Assembly: GCA_965207885.1 (NCBI GenBank) | Contig: OZ242311.1 | Location: forward strand, 2,464,001-2,528,000 | Direction of reading: 5' to 3' | Source of the DNA: Candidatus Latescibacterota bacterium | Lineage (GTDB): Bacteria > Latescibacterota > UBA2968 | DNA: 64,000 nucleotides | Shown here: piece by piece, positions 49,392-60,312 of the stretch | How positions within the stretch are numbered: the first letter of the stretch is position 1 | Layout: each line of letters opens with the position of its first letter | Notes under the pieces: generated by a model | Databases searched by the model: none | Told to the model about the DNA's origin: nothing | The model's input: only the letters and a program-made list of their open reading frames with translations | Program-made: the position numbers and the translations under genes

Positions 49392-50913
49392 TCAAGCCGA
49401 ATACCTGCGGAGCGTTGGCGAGAAGCATCGCAAGAGATACGGGCAGTTCTTCACTCGTCCTGAAGTAGCCGAGTTTATGGTGCGGTGGGTCTTGAAATCC
49501 GGGCAGAGGACGCTTTTTGACCCCAGCTTTGGTCTGGGTGCTTTTTTCGATTCCGTTGCCGATGACCCGAGTATTGTGTTCGCCGGAAGTGAGAAAGATC
49601 CCAAAATTCTCGATTTCTGGACAGGCGAGGCAGGGAGGCAGAAAGTGGAGATTGAGCATGAAGACTATCTGCTCTCCTGGGGGAAATCGCACACCAATAT
49701 CGTCTGTAATCCGCCTTACATGCGCTTCCAGAAGTTTATTGGCAGAGACTCTGTGTTCAAGGCGTTTGTTGATAATCTGGGCTTGAGATTGTCGGGATAC
49801 ACGAACACGGCATCCGCATTCCTGCTGAAGTCGCTCTCCGAACTGAATGGATCGGGACGGCTTGCGTATATCCTGCCTCTTGAGTTTCTCAACACTGGAT
49901 ATGGGACTATTGTTAAGAAACGCCTTATCGAGAGTGGCCATCTTGTCTCTATCATCAATCTTAAATGTGAGAAAGATATATTCCCCGATGCAATAACCTC
50001 AGTGGGAATACTCTTGTATGATGCCTGTCGTCAATATTCCCATGTTGATTTCCATATCGCTGATTCTATTTCTTCACTGGAAAACATCCTTGAAAGCGAG
50101 CCAACCACCAGGGTCGCATTGGAGCGACTCAATCCCGAGTCGAAGTGGTTGTCATATTTCCAGAAAAATACCTTCGCTATCAATCATCAAATAGCCGTAC
50201 CGCTGAACTATTATGGTCATTTCAGCAGGGGCATTGCCACCGGAGCCAACGAGTTTTTTGTTTTGAAACCATCTCGGGTCAAAACACTGGGAATCAATGG
50301 ATCGGAGGTCGTTCCCTGCATTACAAAAAGCTCTCAAATTCAACAATCCGTATTTGGGCGTGCAGACTACGATGATTTAGTCAGAGACGACGCTCCTGTT
50401 CTGTTATTTAGCGTCAGTAAGACGCACTCGAAATACGCGGCAGATTATATTCGGAGTGGGGAGCAAAGGGGGTATAACACGCGCTTTTTAACTAAAAACC
50501 GAAATCCCTGGTACAAGACGGAAAGGAGAGAACCTGCACCGCTTCTTCTTGGCGTCTTTTCACGCGGAGGTTACAAGATTATTCGCAACAGAAGTGAGGT
50601 GTTGAATTTGACGTGTTTTCACGGTTTTCGACCAAATATTTTTGGCATGACATATCTCGATCATCTGTTTCTCTATCTGGCATCCTTGTCGGGACGAGAT
50701 ATAATTTCACTGTCTGTTCGGAGATACGGCGACGCGCTGGATAAGTTCGAGCCAAACGACTTGAACAACGCGCTTGTCCCAAGTCAGCAGGTGTTTGATG
50801 AACTTTCGGCTAAGGAGGTCGCTAAAGCTGTTCGCTATACGGAAAGGACCGGAAAGACGCCCGACTGGATAGACGCTTTCTTTGAGAGGTTGAAAATACC
50901 AGCGGGCAGTTAG
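49381..50913 (+). CDS. N6-adenine DNA methyltransferase (gamma class)
   Basis: GQFFT, FDPSFGLGAF (motif I) followed by NPPY (motif IV). Confidence 0.9.
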   Translation: MQVNQAEYLRSVGEKHRKRYGQFFTRPEVAEFMVRWVLKSGQRTLFDPSFGLGAFFDSVADDPSIVFAGSEKDPKILDFWTGEAGRQKVEIEHEDYLLSWGKSHTNIVCNPPYMRFQKFIGRDSVFKAFVDNLGLRLSGYTNTASAFLLKSLSELNGSGRLAYILPLEFLNTGYGTIVKKRLIESGHLVSIINLKCEKDIFPDAITSVGILLYDACRQYSHVDFHIADSISSLENILESEPTTRVALERLNPESKWLSYFQKNTFAINHQIAVPLNYYGHFSRGIATGANEFFVLKPSRVKTLGINGSEVVPCITKSSQIQQSVFGRADYDDLVRDDAPVLLFSVSKTHSKYAADYIRSGEQRGYNTRFLTKNRNPWYKTERREPAPLLLGVFSRGGYKIIRNRSEVLNLTCFHGFRPNIFGMTYLDHLFLYLASLSGRDIISLSVRRYGDALDKFEPNDLNNALVPSQQVFDELSAKEVAKAVRYTERTGKTPDWIDAFFERLKIPAGS

Positions 50914-50990
50914 CGTCCTTTTACACTTCTATTTAAAAGTTTTATCACCATATAGGGAAAAAATTTATCACTACACAAAGGAGATTTAAC

Positions 50991-52916
50991 ATGAGCAACG
51001 TAATAGGCATTGATCTGGGAACGACCAACTCTTGTGTCGCTGTGATGGAAGGCGGCGACCCGGTTGTTGTTCCAAATTCAGAAGGGGGACGGACCACGCC
51101 CTCTGTCGTTGCATTCGCACAAGATGGGGAGCGCCTCATTGGTGAGGTTGCCAAAAGGCAGGCTGTGACCAATCCGACCAAGACCATTTATTCTATCAAG
51201 CGGTTTATGGGGCGTCGCCGAGAAGAGGTGAGCACTGAGATTTCCGAAGTGCCTTACACGGTCACGAGTGACGCCAATGGGCTGGCATCTGTACAGCTCG
51301 ACGACAAGACATATACCCCGCCTGAAATTTCGGCGATGGTGCTTCAAAAGATGAAGCAAACCGCTGAAGATTATCTCGGTGAAACCATCACGCAGGCCGT
51401 GGTCACAGTTCCCGCATATTTTAATGATGCACAGCGACAGGCCACCAAAGATGCTGGCAAAATTGCTGGCCTCGACGTGTTGCGCATTGTCAATGAACCA
51501 ACGGCTGCATCACTGGCTTATGGGCTGGACAAAAAGAGCGATGAAAAAATCGCGGTTTTCGATCTCGGTGGCGGCACATTTGATATTTCCATTCTCGAAC
51601 TGGGCGATGGCGTTTTTGAAGTCAAATCCACCAATGGCGATACCCATTTGGGTGGAGATGACTTTGATCAGCGCGTTATTGACTTTCTGGCTGAGGAATT
51701 TTTAAAAGAAAATAGCGTGGATTTGCGCCAGGATCCCATGGCGCTGCAACGCCTGAAAGAAGCGGCAGAAAAAGCCAAGTGCGAACTATCGACTTCCGCA
51801 TCTACCGACATCAATCTGCCGTTTATCACAGCCGATGCATCTGGACCCAAGCATCTCAATGTCAACCTGTCACGCGCGCGATTTGAGCAACTCGTCGATG
51901 ACCTCGTCCAGCGCACGAAAGGGCCTTGTGAACAGGCTATTCGGGATGCCGGTCTTTCGGCTTCTGATATTGACGAAGTGATTCTGGTGGGCGGTTCAAC
52001 GCGCATCCCCAAAGTACAGGAAATTGTGCAGGAAGTTTTTGGCAAAGAGCCTAACAGGGGGGTAAATCCCGATGAAGTTGTCGCCATTGGTGCGGCTATT
52101 CAAGCGGGTGTGCTCTCTGGAGATGTGACCGATGTGCTATTGCTCGATGTGACGCCGCTCTCGCTGGGTATTGAAACGCTCGGCGGCGTGATGACGCGCC
52201 TTATTGATCGCAACACCACAATTCCATCGAAAAAGGCCGAAGTGTTTTCAACTGCTGCCGACAGCCAGCCTTCGGTGGAAATTCACGTCTTGCAGGGCGA
52301 GCGCGATATGTCAGTAGATAATCGCACCATTGGTCGGTTCCATCTCGATGGTATTCCGCCCGCGCCGCGCGGTGTGCCGCAAATTGAGGTCACATTTGAC
52401 ATCGATGCAAATGGTATTCTCAATGTTTCGGCTAAAGACAAGGGCACGGGCAAAGAGCAGAATATTCGCATCGAAGCCTCGTCGGGGTTGTCAGACGCGG
52501 AAATTGATAAAATGGTCAATGACGCACAGGCGAATGCCGCCGAAGATAAGCAGAAACGCGAGGCTGTGGAGATCAAAAATGCGGCCGAGCAGCAGGTGCA
52601 TCAGACCGAAAAACAGATGGAAGAGATGGGTGACAAGGTCAGCGCTGAGACGAAGGCCAAAGTGACAGAGGCCGTTGACAAGGTCAAAGACGCCCTCAAG
52701 GGAGATAATGTCGATGCGATTAAATCGGCGAATGAAAATCTCACCCAGGTCTGGCATCAGGTTGCGAGTGAACTCTATCAGCAAGCCTCAGCAGAGGAGG
52801 GGCCCCAGGGTGCACCAGGAGAACCTCCGCCAGGTGGTGCAGAAGGTCCCAAACAAAGCGATGATGGGGCTGTTGATGCTGAATATGAAGAAGTTGTGGA
52901 TGATAAGAAGAAGTAA
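50991..52916 (+). CDS. dnaK: Chaperone DnaK
   Basis: [26 protein letters not shown]. Confidence 0.98.
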   Translation: MSNVIGIDLGTTNSCVAVMEGGDPVVVPNSEGGRTTPSVVAFAQDGERLIGEVAKRQAVTNPTKTIYSIKRFMGRRREEVSTEISEVPYTVTSDANGLASVQLDDKTYTPPEISAMVLQKMKQTAEDYLGETITQAVVTVPAYFNDAQRQATKDAGKIAGLDVLRIVNEPTAASLAYGLDKKSDEKIAVFDLGGGTFDISILELGDGVFEVKSTNGDTHLGGDDFDQRVIDFLAEEFLKENSVDLRQDPMALQRLKEAAEKAKCELSTSASTDINLPFITADASGPKHLNVNLSRARFEQLVDDLVQRTKGPCEQAIRDAGLSASDIDEVILVGGSTRIPKVQEIVQEVFGKEPNRGVNPDEVVAIGAAIQAGVLSGDVTDVLLLDVTPLSLGIETLGGVMTRLIDRNTTIPSKKAEVFSTAADSQPSVEIHVLQGERDMSVDNRTIGRFHLDGIPPAPRGVPQIEVTFDIDANGILNVSAKDKGTGKEQNIRIEASSGLSDAEIDKMVNDAQANAAEDKQKREAVEIKNAAEQQVHQTEKQMEEMGDKVSAETKAKVTEAVDKVKDALKGDNVDAIKSANENLTQVWHQVASELYQQASAEEGPQGAPGEPPPGGAEGPKQSDDGAVDAEYEEVVDDKKK

Positions 52917-52933
52917 AGGTTGGATATCACAAT

Positions 52934-52967
52934 AAAACGCCGAGGGCAAAAAGTCCTCGGCGTTTTT
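52934..52967. terminator. Bidirectional terminator after dnaK
   Basis: AAAACGCCGAGG-GCAAAAAGT-CCTCGGCGTTTTT. Confidence 0.85.
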
Positions 52968-52988
52968 GTTTGCGTAGGGGAGCGCTAA

Positions 52989-53822
52989 TTACGACGCTTT
53001 TTCAATTGTCACGCGAATTGCACTCAGGGGTTTGATAAAGCGGAACCGTACGGTTTTGCTGCGCGTGTCAAATCCGCCTGTGCCAACATCCTGGCTCGAC
53101 AATTCTTGCAAGAAATTTGCGACCCAGACTGTGTCGCGTTGCCATTGCGGTACGGCATTTCGGATAAACAAGCGCACGAGGTCTGCATTGCGGTTCAAGT
53201 CGGCATCTGATATATCGAGCACGGTTACCATAATTTCGGATCGCAACAAATCGGCTTCTGGACCCCAGAACTCCAGTACGACTTGTCCGCTCCCCGTTGC
53301 GCCAAAATGACGTGGCTGACCCTCGAGGGGATCCACTTCTTCCAGTATCATATCATCGGGCATTCCCGCAATCATGCCATCAATGGATAGGGCGCCGGGA
53401 GATGGTGGCGTTGCTTGAGGTTCTTGTGTCGCTTGCTGTTCAGTTGCAGGCTGAGTTGGGCGCACTACAGGGCGCTTTTTCCGCGTGCTTGAAGAACGAC
53501 GCGCGAGGTCTTTTTGCAAAGCTGCACGCACGGCTGCGGCGTCTCCGACATAATTGCCGTGTACCCATCCCTCAGTTTTTCCATCTGCGCGTACACGTAA
53601 CCAGGGATTGGCTTTTTCAAAAATCTCCAGTTCACGACCGCGCTGCAAGCGCTCAACGACCTGCGATTTTGTGGTTGGCTTTTCGCGCAAATTCAGAATT
53701 GCGACGGTGACATAGACTGTTTCTTTCGGTAATAGATAATCACAACCGCTTAAACTCGCCATGAGTACACAAAAAAGGCCGACAAAAAATCGGTCGGCCA
53801 AAAACTTAGACCTCACCATCAA
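52989..53822 (-). CDS. SH3 domain-containing lipoprotein
   Basis: Lipobox LSGC; LNLREKP...WLRV...EGWVHGNYV. Confidence 0.78.
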   Translation of the reverse strand: MMVRSKFLADRFFVGLFCVLMASLSGCDYLLPKETVYVTVAILNLREKPTTKSQVVERLQRGRELEIFEKANPWLRVRADGKTEGWVHGNYVGDAAAVRAALQKDLARRSSSTRKKRPVVRPTQPATEQQATQEPQATPPSPGALSIDGMIAGMPDDMILEEVDPLEGQPRHFGATGSGQVVLEFWGPEADLLRSEIMVTVLDISDADLNRNADLVRLFIRNAVPQWQRDTVWVANFLQELSSQDVGTGGFDTRSKTVRFRFIKPLSAIRVTIEKAS

Positions 53823-53909
53823 TCATCCCTCCTCAAAACCCTCTGTGGATATTTTTTCTGGATTGAAAATATCGGAAATGCGATTGCGGTCAAGGATTAA
53901 ATTACATTT

Positions 53910-55337
53910 TCAATCCAAATACGTCATCTGTGAAGTTTGAGGCCACTTGCATTGTTCGGGGGCATTTGTCACGCTTGCCCATTCCCGAATGACTTCCAGA
54001 TCCCTTCTTTTTTCCAGCATCTTTTCTACAACCCACTCCGGGTCCCAGCCATCCAGTACTTTTGCTGTTAGTTCTTTTCGAATTGCCTGACAATCTTCGT
54101 CATTCGCCCGATTGTGCAATTCCTCTGGATCTTCGGATAGATTGAATAATTGCGGATCATAGCCGTGATAGTAAATCAGTTTCCAATCGCCCTGTCGAAT
54201 CATGCGCTGGTAATGGCCTTCGTAGATACAGTATTCTGAAAAGGCAATATCTTCCCATGTATCCACTTCACCGCGAAGCAATGGCAACAGGCTGCGCCCG
54301 CGCGAATGGGGCAATTCGGGTGTTCCCAATGCGTCGAGCATGGTTGCATTTAAGTCCAATGCGCTGATGACACAGTTATTGACCTGTCCTTTGGGCAGCG
54401 CATCGGGCCATGAAATAATTGCCGGTACTCGAACGGACTCTTCGTAAAATGTTCGCTTCATCCACAATGCTTTTTCGCCCACATGTTCGCCGTGGTCTGA
54501 TGAATATACGATCATTGTGTTCTGTGTAAATCCATTCCTTTCTAATGCCTCCAAAAGTTGTCCGATCATGCGGTCCATCGCCGTGACCAGTGCCCAGTAA
54601 GCTGCGCGGGCGCGCGTGGTGTCGGTATCTTCAATTTCCAAAAAACGGTTTCGGTTTCGCCACCATTGGAAAAAGGGATGTGACTCATCGCCTGTTGGTT
54701 TGGGATATTTTGGTGGTGTAATCACGTCGATGTACTGATCGTAATCTGCTTTTCGCGCAATATAAGGTGAGTGCGGTAGCATATATCCCACGTGCAAACA
54801 AAAGGGGATATCCGTTTGTCCGCTGCGTTTTCTTATGCCTTCTCGATTGATAAAATCAACTGCTGAAGCTGTCACATCTTCATCGTGTACTTCGTAACTG
54901 CTCTGGCCTGCACCTGATTTTTGAACCGATTGGATTAAGTTGCTGGGGGCATCGCCTGTGCCCGGGTAATTCGAAGAATGATCTCCAATGGGACGATCCA
55001 CATACCCGTGCAACTGATCTGTGCCCAGGGCGTGCATGCGGCCTATGAGCACGGGGTGGTAGCCAGCCGCGCCCATTGCATGCGCGAGGGTTGGCCGTCC
55101 CGAATCCAGAATATGATGGTTGGTCCACACTTCATTTTCATAAGGATACCGTCCCGTTAACATCGACATCCGCGATGGCGTGCATACAGGCGATGGACAA
55201 TAGGCATTGTTAAATCTCACCCCCTGTGCTGCGAGGGCATCCAGATGGGGTGTTTGAACGAGTGAATCGCCATAACAGCCGAGTACTTTTGGGCTGTGCT
55301 GGTCTGAGTGGATGTAGAGCAAGTTCGGTCGGTTCAT
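53910..55337 (-). CDS. S1 family sulfatase (choline-sulfatase-like)
   Basis: CTPSR formylglycine motif, SSDHGE, FYEESVRVP. Confidence 0.9.
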   Translation of the reverse strand: MNRPNLLYIHSDQHSPKVLGCYGDSLVQTPHLDALAAQGVRFNNAYCPSPVCTPSRMSMLTGRYPYENEVWTNHHILDSGRPTLAHAMGAAGYHPVLIGRMHALGTDQLHGYVDRPIGDHSSNYPGTGDAPSNLIQSVQKSGAGQSSYEVHDEDVTASAVDFINREGIRKRSGQTDIPFCLHVGYMLPHSPYIARKADYDQYIDVITPPKYPKPTGDESHPFFQWWRNRNRFLEIEDTDTTRARAAYWALVTAMDRMIGQLLEALERNGFTQNTMIVYSSDHGEHVGEKALWMKRTFYEESVRVPAIISWPDALPKGQVNNCVISALDLNATMLDALGTPELPHSRGRSLLPLLRGEVDTWEDIAFSEYCIYEGHYQRMIRQGDWKLIYYHGYDPQLFNLSEDPEELHNRANDEDCQAIRKELTAKVLDGWDPEWVVEKMLEKRRDLEVIREWASVTNAPEQCKWPQTSQMTYLD

Positions 55338-55421
55338 GTTTGAGTCCTTTTTACCAGTACACAGAAGGCAGGCAGCGGTTGCCCGTGCCTGCCATTATTT
55401 TTTCAATTAAGAGTGAGACAG

Positions 55422-56384
55422 CTATTTCTCACTCGCAGCCACTGTATTTACCAATCGTCCAATACCCGAGATCTCAATTTCTACCTTGTCACCTGGTTGC
55501 ATATAGGTGCCCGTTGTATCGCCCACGCCCGAAATTGTGCCTGTGCTGATCAGATCGCCCGGTTCGAGTGTGATGATTGCCGAGATGTATTCGATAATTT
55601 TATCTACGGGATACAACATTTGTCCCGTGTTGTTGTGTTGCTTGCGGTCGCCATTCACATACGTGCTGATGTCGAGGGTGTGTGGATCTGTAATTTCGTC
55701 TGAGGTTACAATCCACGGTCCCTGAGGTGCAAAGGTGTCCAGCCATTTGCCGTTTAACCAGTCGAACCATTCATCTCTTGGTCGGCTATCCGTGCGCTTT
55801 TTGATTTGCAACATGCGCTCGGAGACATCGTTCATGACCGTATAACCCGCGACATAATCCAGCGCGTCTTCTGCCTGTACGCCTTTTGCTTCTCGGCCTA
55901 TTACGACGGCCAATTCGCCTTCCCAATCTACGCCTCTTGCGATGGGGGGGATCAAAATTTGATCCCCCGGTCCGATTACTGTCGATGTTGGGGGCTTCAT
56001 AAATACGCGCGGCGTTTCCTTGTCCTGAATTTGCATCTTGGTCGTGCCGCTTTCTTCAATGTGATCCTGATAATTGCCCGCCAGGCAGAATAATTTGCGC
56101 GGATTGGGCATTGGTGCGCTCAATTTGACGTCGCTGACGGCAAAGCTGGTCTCGCCATCCGGTGTGCCATTCAAACGCTTTTCAGCATCAGCCGCCGCCT
56201 GTTGTGCCGCAGACCGTCCTTCTGCTCCGGCTTCGAGAAAGGTCAGCATATCCGTGAAAAAGGGAGGGTTTTCCGATTGGGCTAATGCGCTGTCTGCTGC
56301 GGCGAGATCGACGATAATCGAATCATTTGCGACGACTGCGCCAATGGATTCTGCATCGCCGACTGAATAAGTTGCGAGTTTCAT
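55422..56384 (-). CDS. Fumarylacetoacetate hydrolase family protein
   Basis: VDWEGELAVVIG, NDVSER, LEPGDLISTGT. Confidence 0.92.
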   Translation of the reverse strand: MKLATYSVGDAESIGAVVANDSIIVDLAAADSALAQSENPPFFTDMLTFLEAGAEGRSAAQQAAADAEKRLNGTPDGETSFAVSDVKLSAPMPNPRKLFCLAGNYQDHIEESGTTKMQIQDKETPRVFMKPPTSTVIGPGDQILIPPIARGVDWEGELAVVIGREAKGVQAEDALDYVAGYTVMNDVSERMLQIKKRTDSRPRDEWFDWLNGKWLDTFAPQGPWIVTSDEITDPHTLDISTYVNGDRKQHNNTGQMLYPVDKIIEYISAIITLEPGDLISTGTISGVGDTTGTYMQPGDKVEIEISGIGRLVNTVAASEK

Positions 56385-56405
56385 GTTTTCTCCTTGTGCG
56401 AATGC

Positions 56406-57269
56406 TCAATGACTGGTAAACGACAGTGGAAATGTCGGTTCTTGTGCCTGCTTTTGCGTAGGGGTTTCGATTTTTTGATGATAATATTCTTCGACGAATT
56501 GCGCCAGATTTTTGCTCGCCTCTTCAAAGACTATTTTGCCCTTTTCTGCGGTTGCCTTTTCCGCCTCGCCCATCACGCCCGAATCCGTATATTGACTCGT
56601 CCATTCAATGATTCCCACAGGTCCTCTGCTGAACAGATCGGTCCAGACAAATTTGGATCCTCGCTTGTTGGTCCTGGCGATCTCGCTCTTGATTTTATCC
56701 TTGCGTACGCTTTCTGGAGACAAATGGAGCAACATGGATGTTTCCAATTCGCCCGCATGCGAACATCCGCCGGGAAATACGCTCTCGCGCCATTCTTTGT
56801 CAAAGTCCGGATCGACCTTGAGCAATTGCCACCACGAGCAGAAAGCACAACTCGCGTCTGTTTCTACGATTGTGCGCCGGGCGACCATTTCGACCAGGTT
56901 GTGGTTGGAACCGTGTCCGTTGACGAGGATCATTTTTTTAAAGCCGTGATAGGCAAGGCTTTTGCAGATGTCCAGCAGGTACTGAATGAAGTGTTCGTAG
57001 TGTATATTCAGCGAGCCGGGAAAATCCATGACGTGATGCACGTAACCATAACTCACAGGCGGTAGCACCAGGCTGTATTCCGGTTTTAAGCGCGCGCCTT
57101 CGGTCGCCACGGCATTGGCACATAGATGATCGACTTTCAAGGGCAAGTGATGCCCGTGCTGTTCGACTGCGCCGGTTGGAATAATCGGAATTTTTCCCAT
57201 TTCCACAGCTTCGTTCACTTCGGGCCAGGTCAGTTCGTCAAATTTGTAGATATCTTTTACAGAGGCCAT
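56406..57269 (-). CDS. Creatininase family protein
   Basis: GAVEQHGHHLP..D, VNGHGSN, HAGELETS. Confidence 0.9.
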   Translation of the reverse strand: MASVKDIYKFDELTWPEVNEAVEMGKIPIIPTGAVEQHGHHLPLKVDHLCANAVATEGARLKPEYSLVLPPVSYGYVHHVMDFPGSLNIHYEHFIQYLLDICKSLAYHGFKKMILVNGHGSNHNLVEMVARRTIVETDASCAFCSWWQLLKVDPDFDKEWRESVFPGGCSHAGELETSMLLHLSPESVRKDKIKSEIARTNKRGSKFVWTDLFSRGPVGIIEWTSQYTDSGVMGEAEKATAEKGKIVFEEASKNLAQFVEEYYHQKIETPTQKQAQEPTFPLSFTSH

Positions 57270-57294
57270 TTTTTTCCTTTCTATCTAGTGCAAG

Positions 57295-58408
57295 CTACTT
57301 CACCAGGAATTTCGCAACCATATCTTCATCCAGATCCACGCCCAGTCCGGGTTGATCTGTCAGATGTAACGCGCCATTTCGAAATACCATATCGTGTTGG
57401 GCGAGTTTTTGTGCCAGGGGAGATGGCGCTCGCGTATATTCTGTCAGCGGTTGTTCGCTCGCTGCGGCCCATTGGGCAGACGCTGCCAATAAGACACCAG
57501 TGCCAAATGCGTGGGGCACGGCGCGCGCTCCCGTCTCGTTCGCCAATTTTTCAATCGCCAGGCCGCCCGGTAATCCCGCCTACGCGCCCCAGGTCGGGTT
57601 GTACAAAGTGGAGTTTGCCATTGTGCAACAAGTCGGCGTATTCGCTTACCAGAGTCATTGCTTCGCCACCTGCAATTGGGATGGATGACTGAGTTGAGAG
57701 TTCGCGATATCCCTGCACATCAAACGGGTGCAACGGCTCTTCGAGCCAGAACACATTGTATTTTTCAAATCGCGCCACGCGCTCCAACGCGGTTTCCGCA
57801 TCCCACGCGCGACCGGCATCTACCATCAAATTTACATCTGGTCCCAAAGCCTCTCGTGCCGCTGCGACCAGTGCCTCGTCCAAATCTGCATCTGGTCCCA
57901 TTGGCGCCCAGCCGTATTTTACAGACTGATAGCCCTGTGCCAAAAATGCGCTCGCGGATTCTTTTACCAATTCCGGACGCTCGGGCCACAGGACGCTCGC
58001 ATAAGCGGGCACTGCATCTGCCGCATCTTCTCGCAACAGCTTGCGCACGGCTTTGCCTTCGGCTTTGCCCCAAATATCCCACAGTGCCATGTCAATGCCA
58101 CTCATGGCCTGTCGCGCCACGCCGCCTGGACCATACCATGATACGCCTTCGATCATGGCGTTGTGAATTGCGTCAAAATCCAGCGCGTCCATGCCGGTTA
58201 TAATCGCTGATAGGCCATGGCGAAATGGCGCAGAGCGCGGTGCTTCAATTACTGCTTTGGCTACATAGGAACAGGATACTACTTCACCCAATCCCATTAT
58301 GTCTGCATCGGTATGCACTCGCACGATCAGGCAGTCCTGAGTTCCATCTGCTGCCTCTACAACTTCTGGCAACCGCAGGTGAATGGCTTCAATATGGGTA
58401 ATTTTCAT
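57295..58408 (-). pseudogene. Mandelate racemase/enolase-superfamily gene with a 1-bp frameshift near 57567
   Basis: Removing one G from ACC GGG CGG restores VGGITGGLAIEKLANETG... and joins ORFs 57551-58408 and 57295-57546; a sequencing error is possible. Confidence 0.8.
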
Positions 58409-59099
58409 TTGTTAGCTTTTTTGCAATACCCGCCATCGGTCGTACAATGGACGCATTTCTTTTGGCAAAAATTCGCGCACATTGTCCGCGAGCATCCACG
58501 CCAGACGCGGGTCCACCTCGGAAGGTTTGCTATCTTTAGCGTACATACTCCAGCTTCCGGACAGGGTCAATCGCTCCACATCCTTTTTCATTACTCCGCG
58601 GTGAATTAAATTGCCAGTCCAAAACACGGTTTGCCCTGCTTTGAGGGGCACAGCATATTGGCCCGGAATATCGTCGTGGCGTTCTTCTAACAAGCACCTG
58701 CGCTCGTGGGCGGTGCGATACCTTTTGTGACTGCCGGGCACAATTTGCAGACAATAGTCATCCACCAGGGCGAGATGCCACCTCAAACCTCTTTGGGGAC
58801 GATTCAAAATTTCCATTTCTACCCGATACGATCCGTCGCGTTCCTTACTTCCAAAATCCCGGTGCCAGCCAAAACCGTAATCCGCTTGATATGGATTTGT
58901 GAAGATGAGGGAGCCTCCCAATTGCAACTGCGTGCCCAAAAAAGCGCGCGTGTATTTCATTATGGGTTCTGACATTAGATACTCGGCAAATATCGGCTCG
59001 TTCATTTCGGGGGCAAACAGCCCGCGAATCGCCCAGGGTTCTCCATCCTCCGAGCGGTGGGTGTACAAATCCACGTCATCTGAACGCACCTTTTGCTTA

Positions 59100-60036
59100 G
59101 GTAGTGTCTGAAAAGTCGTAAAGTATGTATTTTAGTTGCAGCATACGCCCTAAACCAAGGAGTATGATATGCAACGGAGATATGAACTGCGCGACGAGGC
59201 TTGGCATCTGATCCAAGACCTGTTCCCACCGCCGAAGAAGATGGGTCGTCCCCGTCGGGATGATCGTACATTATTCAACGGGATCTTCTGGATATTGTGT
59301 TCAGGTGCAGCTTGGCGCGACCTGCCAGAACGATATGGTCCTTGGCAGACAGCCTTTGACCGATTCTGCAAATGGAAACAGGATGGCACCTTTGATCGCA
59401 TTGTAGAAAAGCTACATCTCAAATTGGGTGAAGATGGTCTTTTAGATTATGCGACCTGGATGATGGATGCAACCCATATTCGAGCCACACAAGCCGCGGC
59501 AGGAGCGAAAAAAAAAGGGCAAAAAGGGTGAAGAAGAGCCCCCAGATCACGCTTTAGGACGCTCTCGTGGCGGTTTGACCACGAAAATCCATCTTCTTTG
59601 CGATGCAGTCGGGCATCCTTTAGCAGTGGATCTTCTCCCTGGTAACCAGTCAGAATCCACACAGGCTGAAAGGCTACTGTCAAAGGTATGCATACCCACC
59701 AAACGAGGGCGTCCAAGAAACCGACCCAAGTATCTGGTAGCTGATAAATCTTATGATGTCTCACGCATCAGAGTCTATCTACGCAAACGGGGTATCAAGG
59801 CTGCTATCCCAAACAAGGCGATTCCCAAAGGCAGAAAACGGCGTAAGAGAGGACCACGGCCTAAGTGTGATAAAAGATTATATGCCAAACGCAATATCGT
59901 GGAGCGTCTCTTTGGTTGGCTTAAACACTGCCGACGGATTGTGACCCGATTTGAAAAAAAGGCGACTCATTTTCTCACTATGGTCAAGCTGGCCTGTATC
60001 AGACAACTCTTCAAAGCTTACTTTTCAGACACTACC
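59100..60036 (+). mobile_element. IS5 family insertion sequence (IS427-like), 937 bp
   Basis: Perfect 17-bp terminal IRs GGTAGTGTCTGAAAAGT / ACTTTTCAGACACTACC; TA target duplication at 59098-59099 and 60037-60038. Confidence 0.95.
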
Positions 60037-60039
60037 TAG
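59169..60039 (+). CDS. IS5 family transposase, two ORFs joined by a frameshift at an A9 run (59508-59516)
   Basis: OrfA GAAWRDLPERYGPWQT; OrfB GRSRGGLTTKIH, ADKSYD, RNIVERLFGWLK. Confidence 0.9.
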
Positions 60040-60312
60040 TGCGAATCGCAGCCTCTAACAAGGGTTTTAGCATATCGGGATCGACGGCGTCATTGACAAT
60101 AAAAAACCCCTGTTTTCTGTACTGTCGTTTCTGAATATCGCAAAACATGATCGCCTCCTTTCAGGTACGGCGCAATATAGGTGTGTTGCGCGACAAATAC
60201 AAAAAAAAAGCGCGGGGGTATTGCGCGAGACGGAGCAGAAAACAGTGGCAGGTCAGTGTCGTTGTGATATTTTAAGAGAGGATATTAAGTATTGTGAGTA
60301 CAAGCGATTGAA

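Larger units (their letters stand above)
58412..60148 (-). pseudogene. PhyH family dioxygenase gene interrupted by an IS5-family element
   Basis: ATG at 60148 after AAGGAGG (MFCDIQKRQYRKQGFFIV...); deleting the IS plus one TA gives in-frame ...IRTKQKVRSDDVDL; WHRD, VPGSH and HRG motifs. Confidence 0.9.

Noticed and set aside
48276-50924. GTAAAAG/CTTTTAC inverted ends flanking the R-M genes
   Set aside because: Only 7 bp, AT-rich and with no target duplication; likely chance
50905-50990. CIRCE element upstream of dnaK
   Set aside because: No TTAGCACTC-N9-GAGTGCTAA; TTAGCGTC is just the methyltransferase stop region
53770-53805. GGCCGAC...GTCGGCC hairpin as a terminator
   Set aside because: It lies inside the signal-peptide coding region of the SH3 lipoprotein; no supporting context
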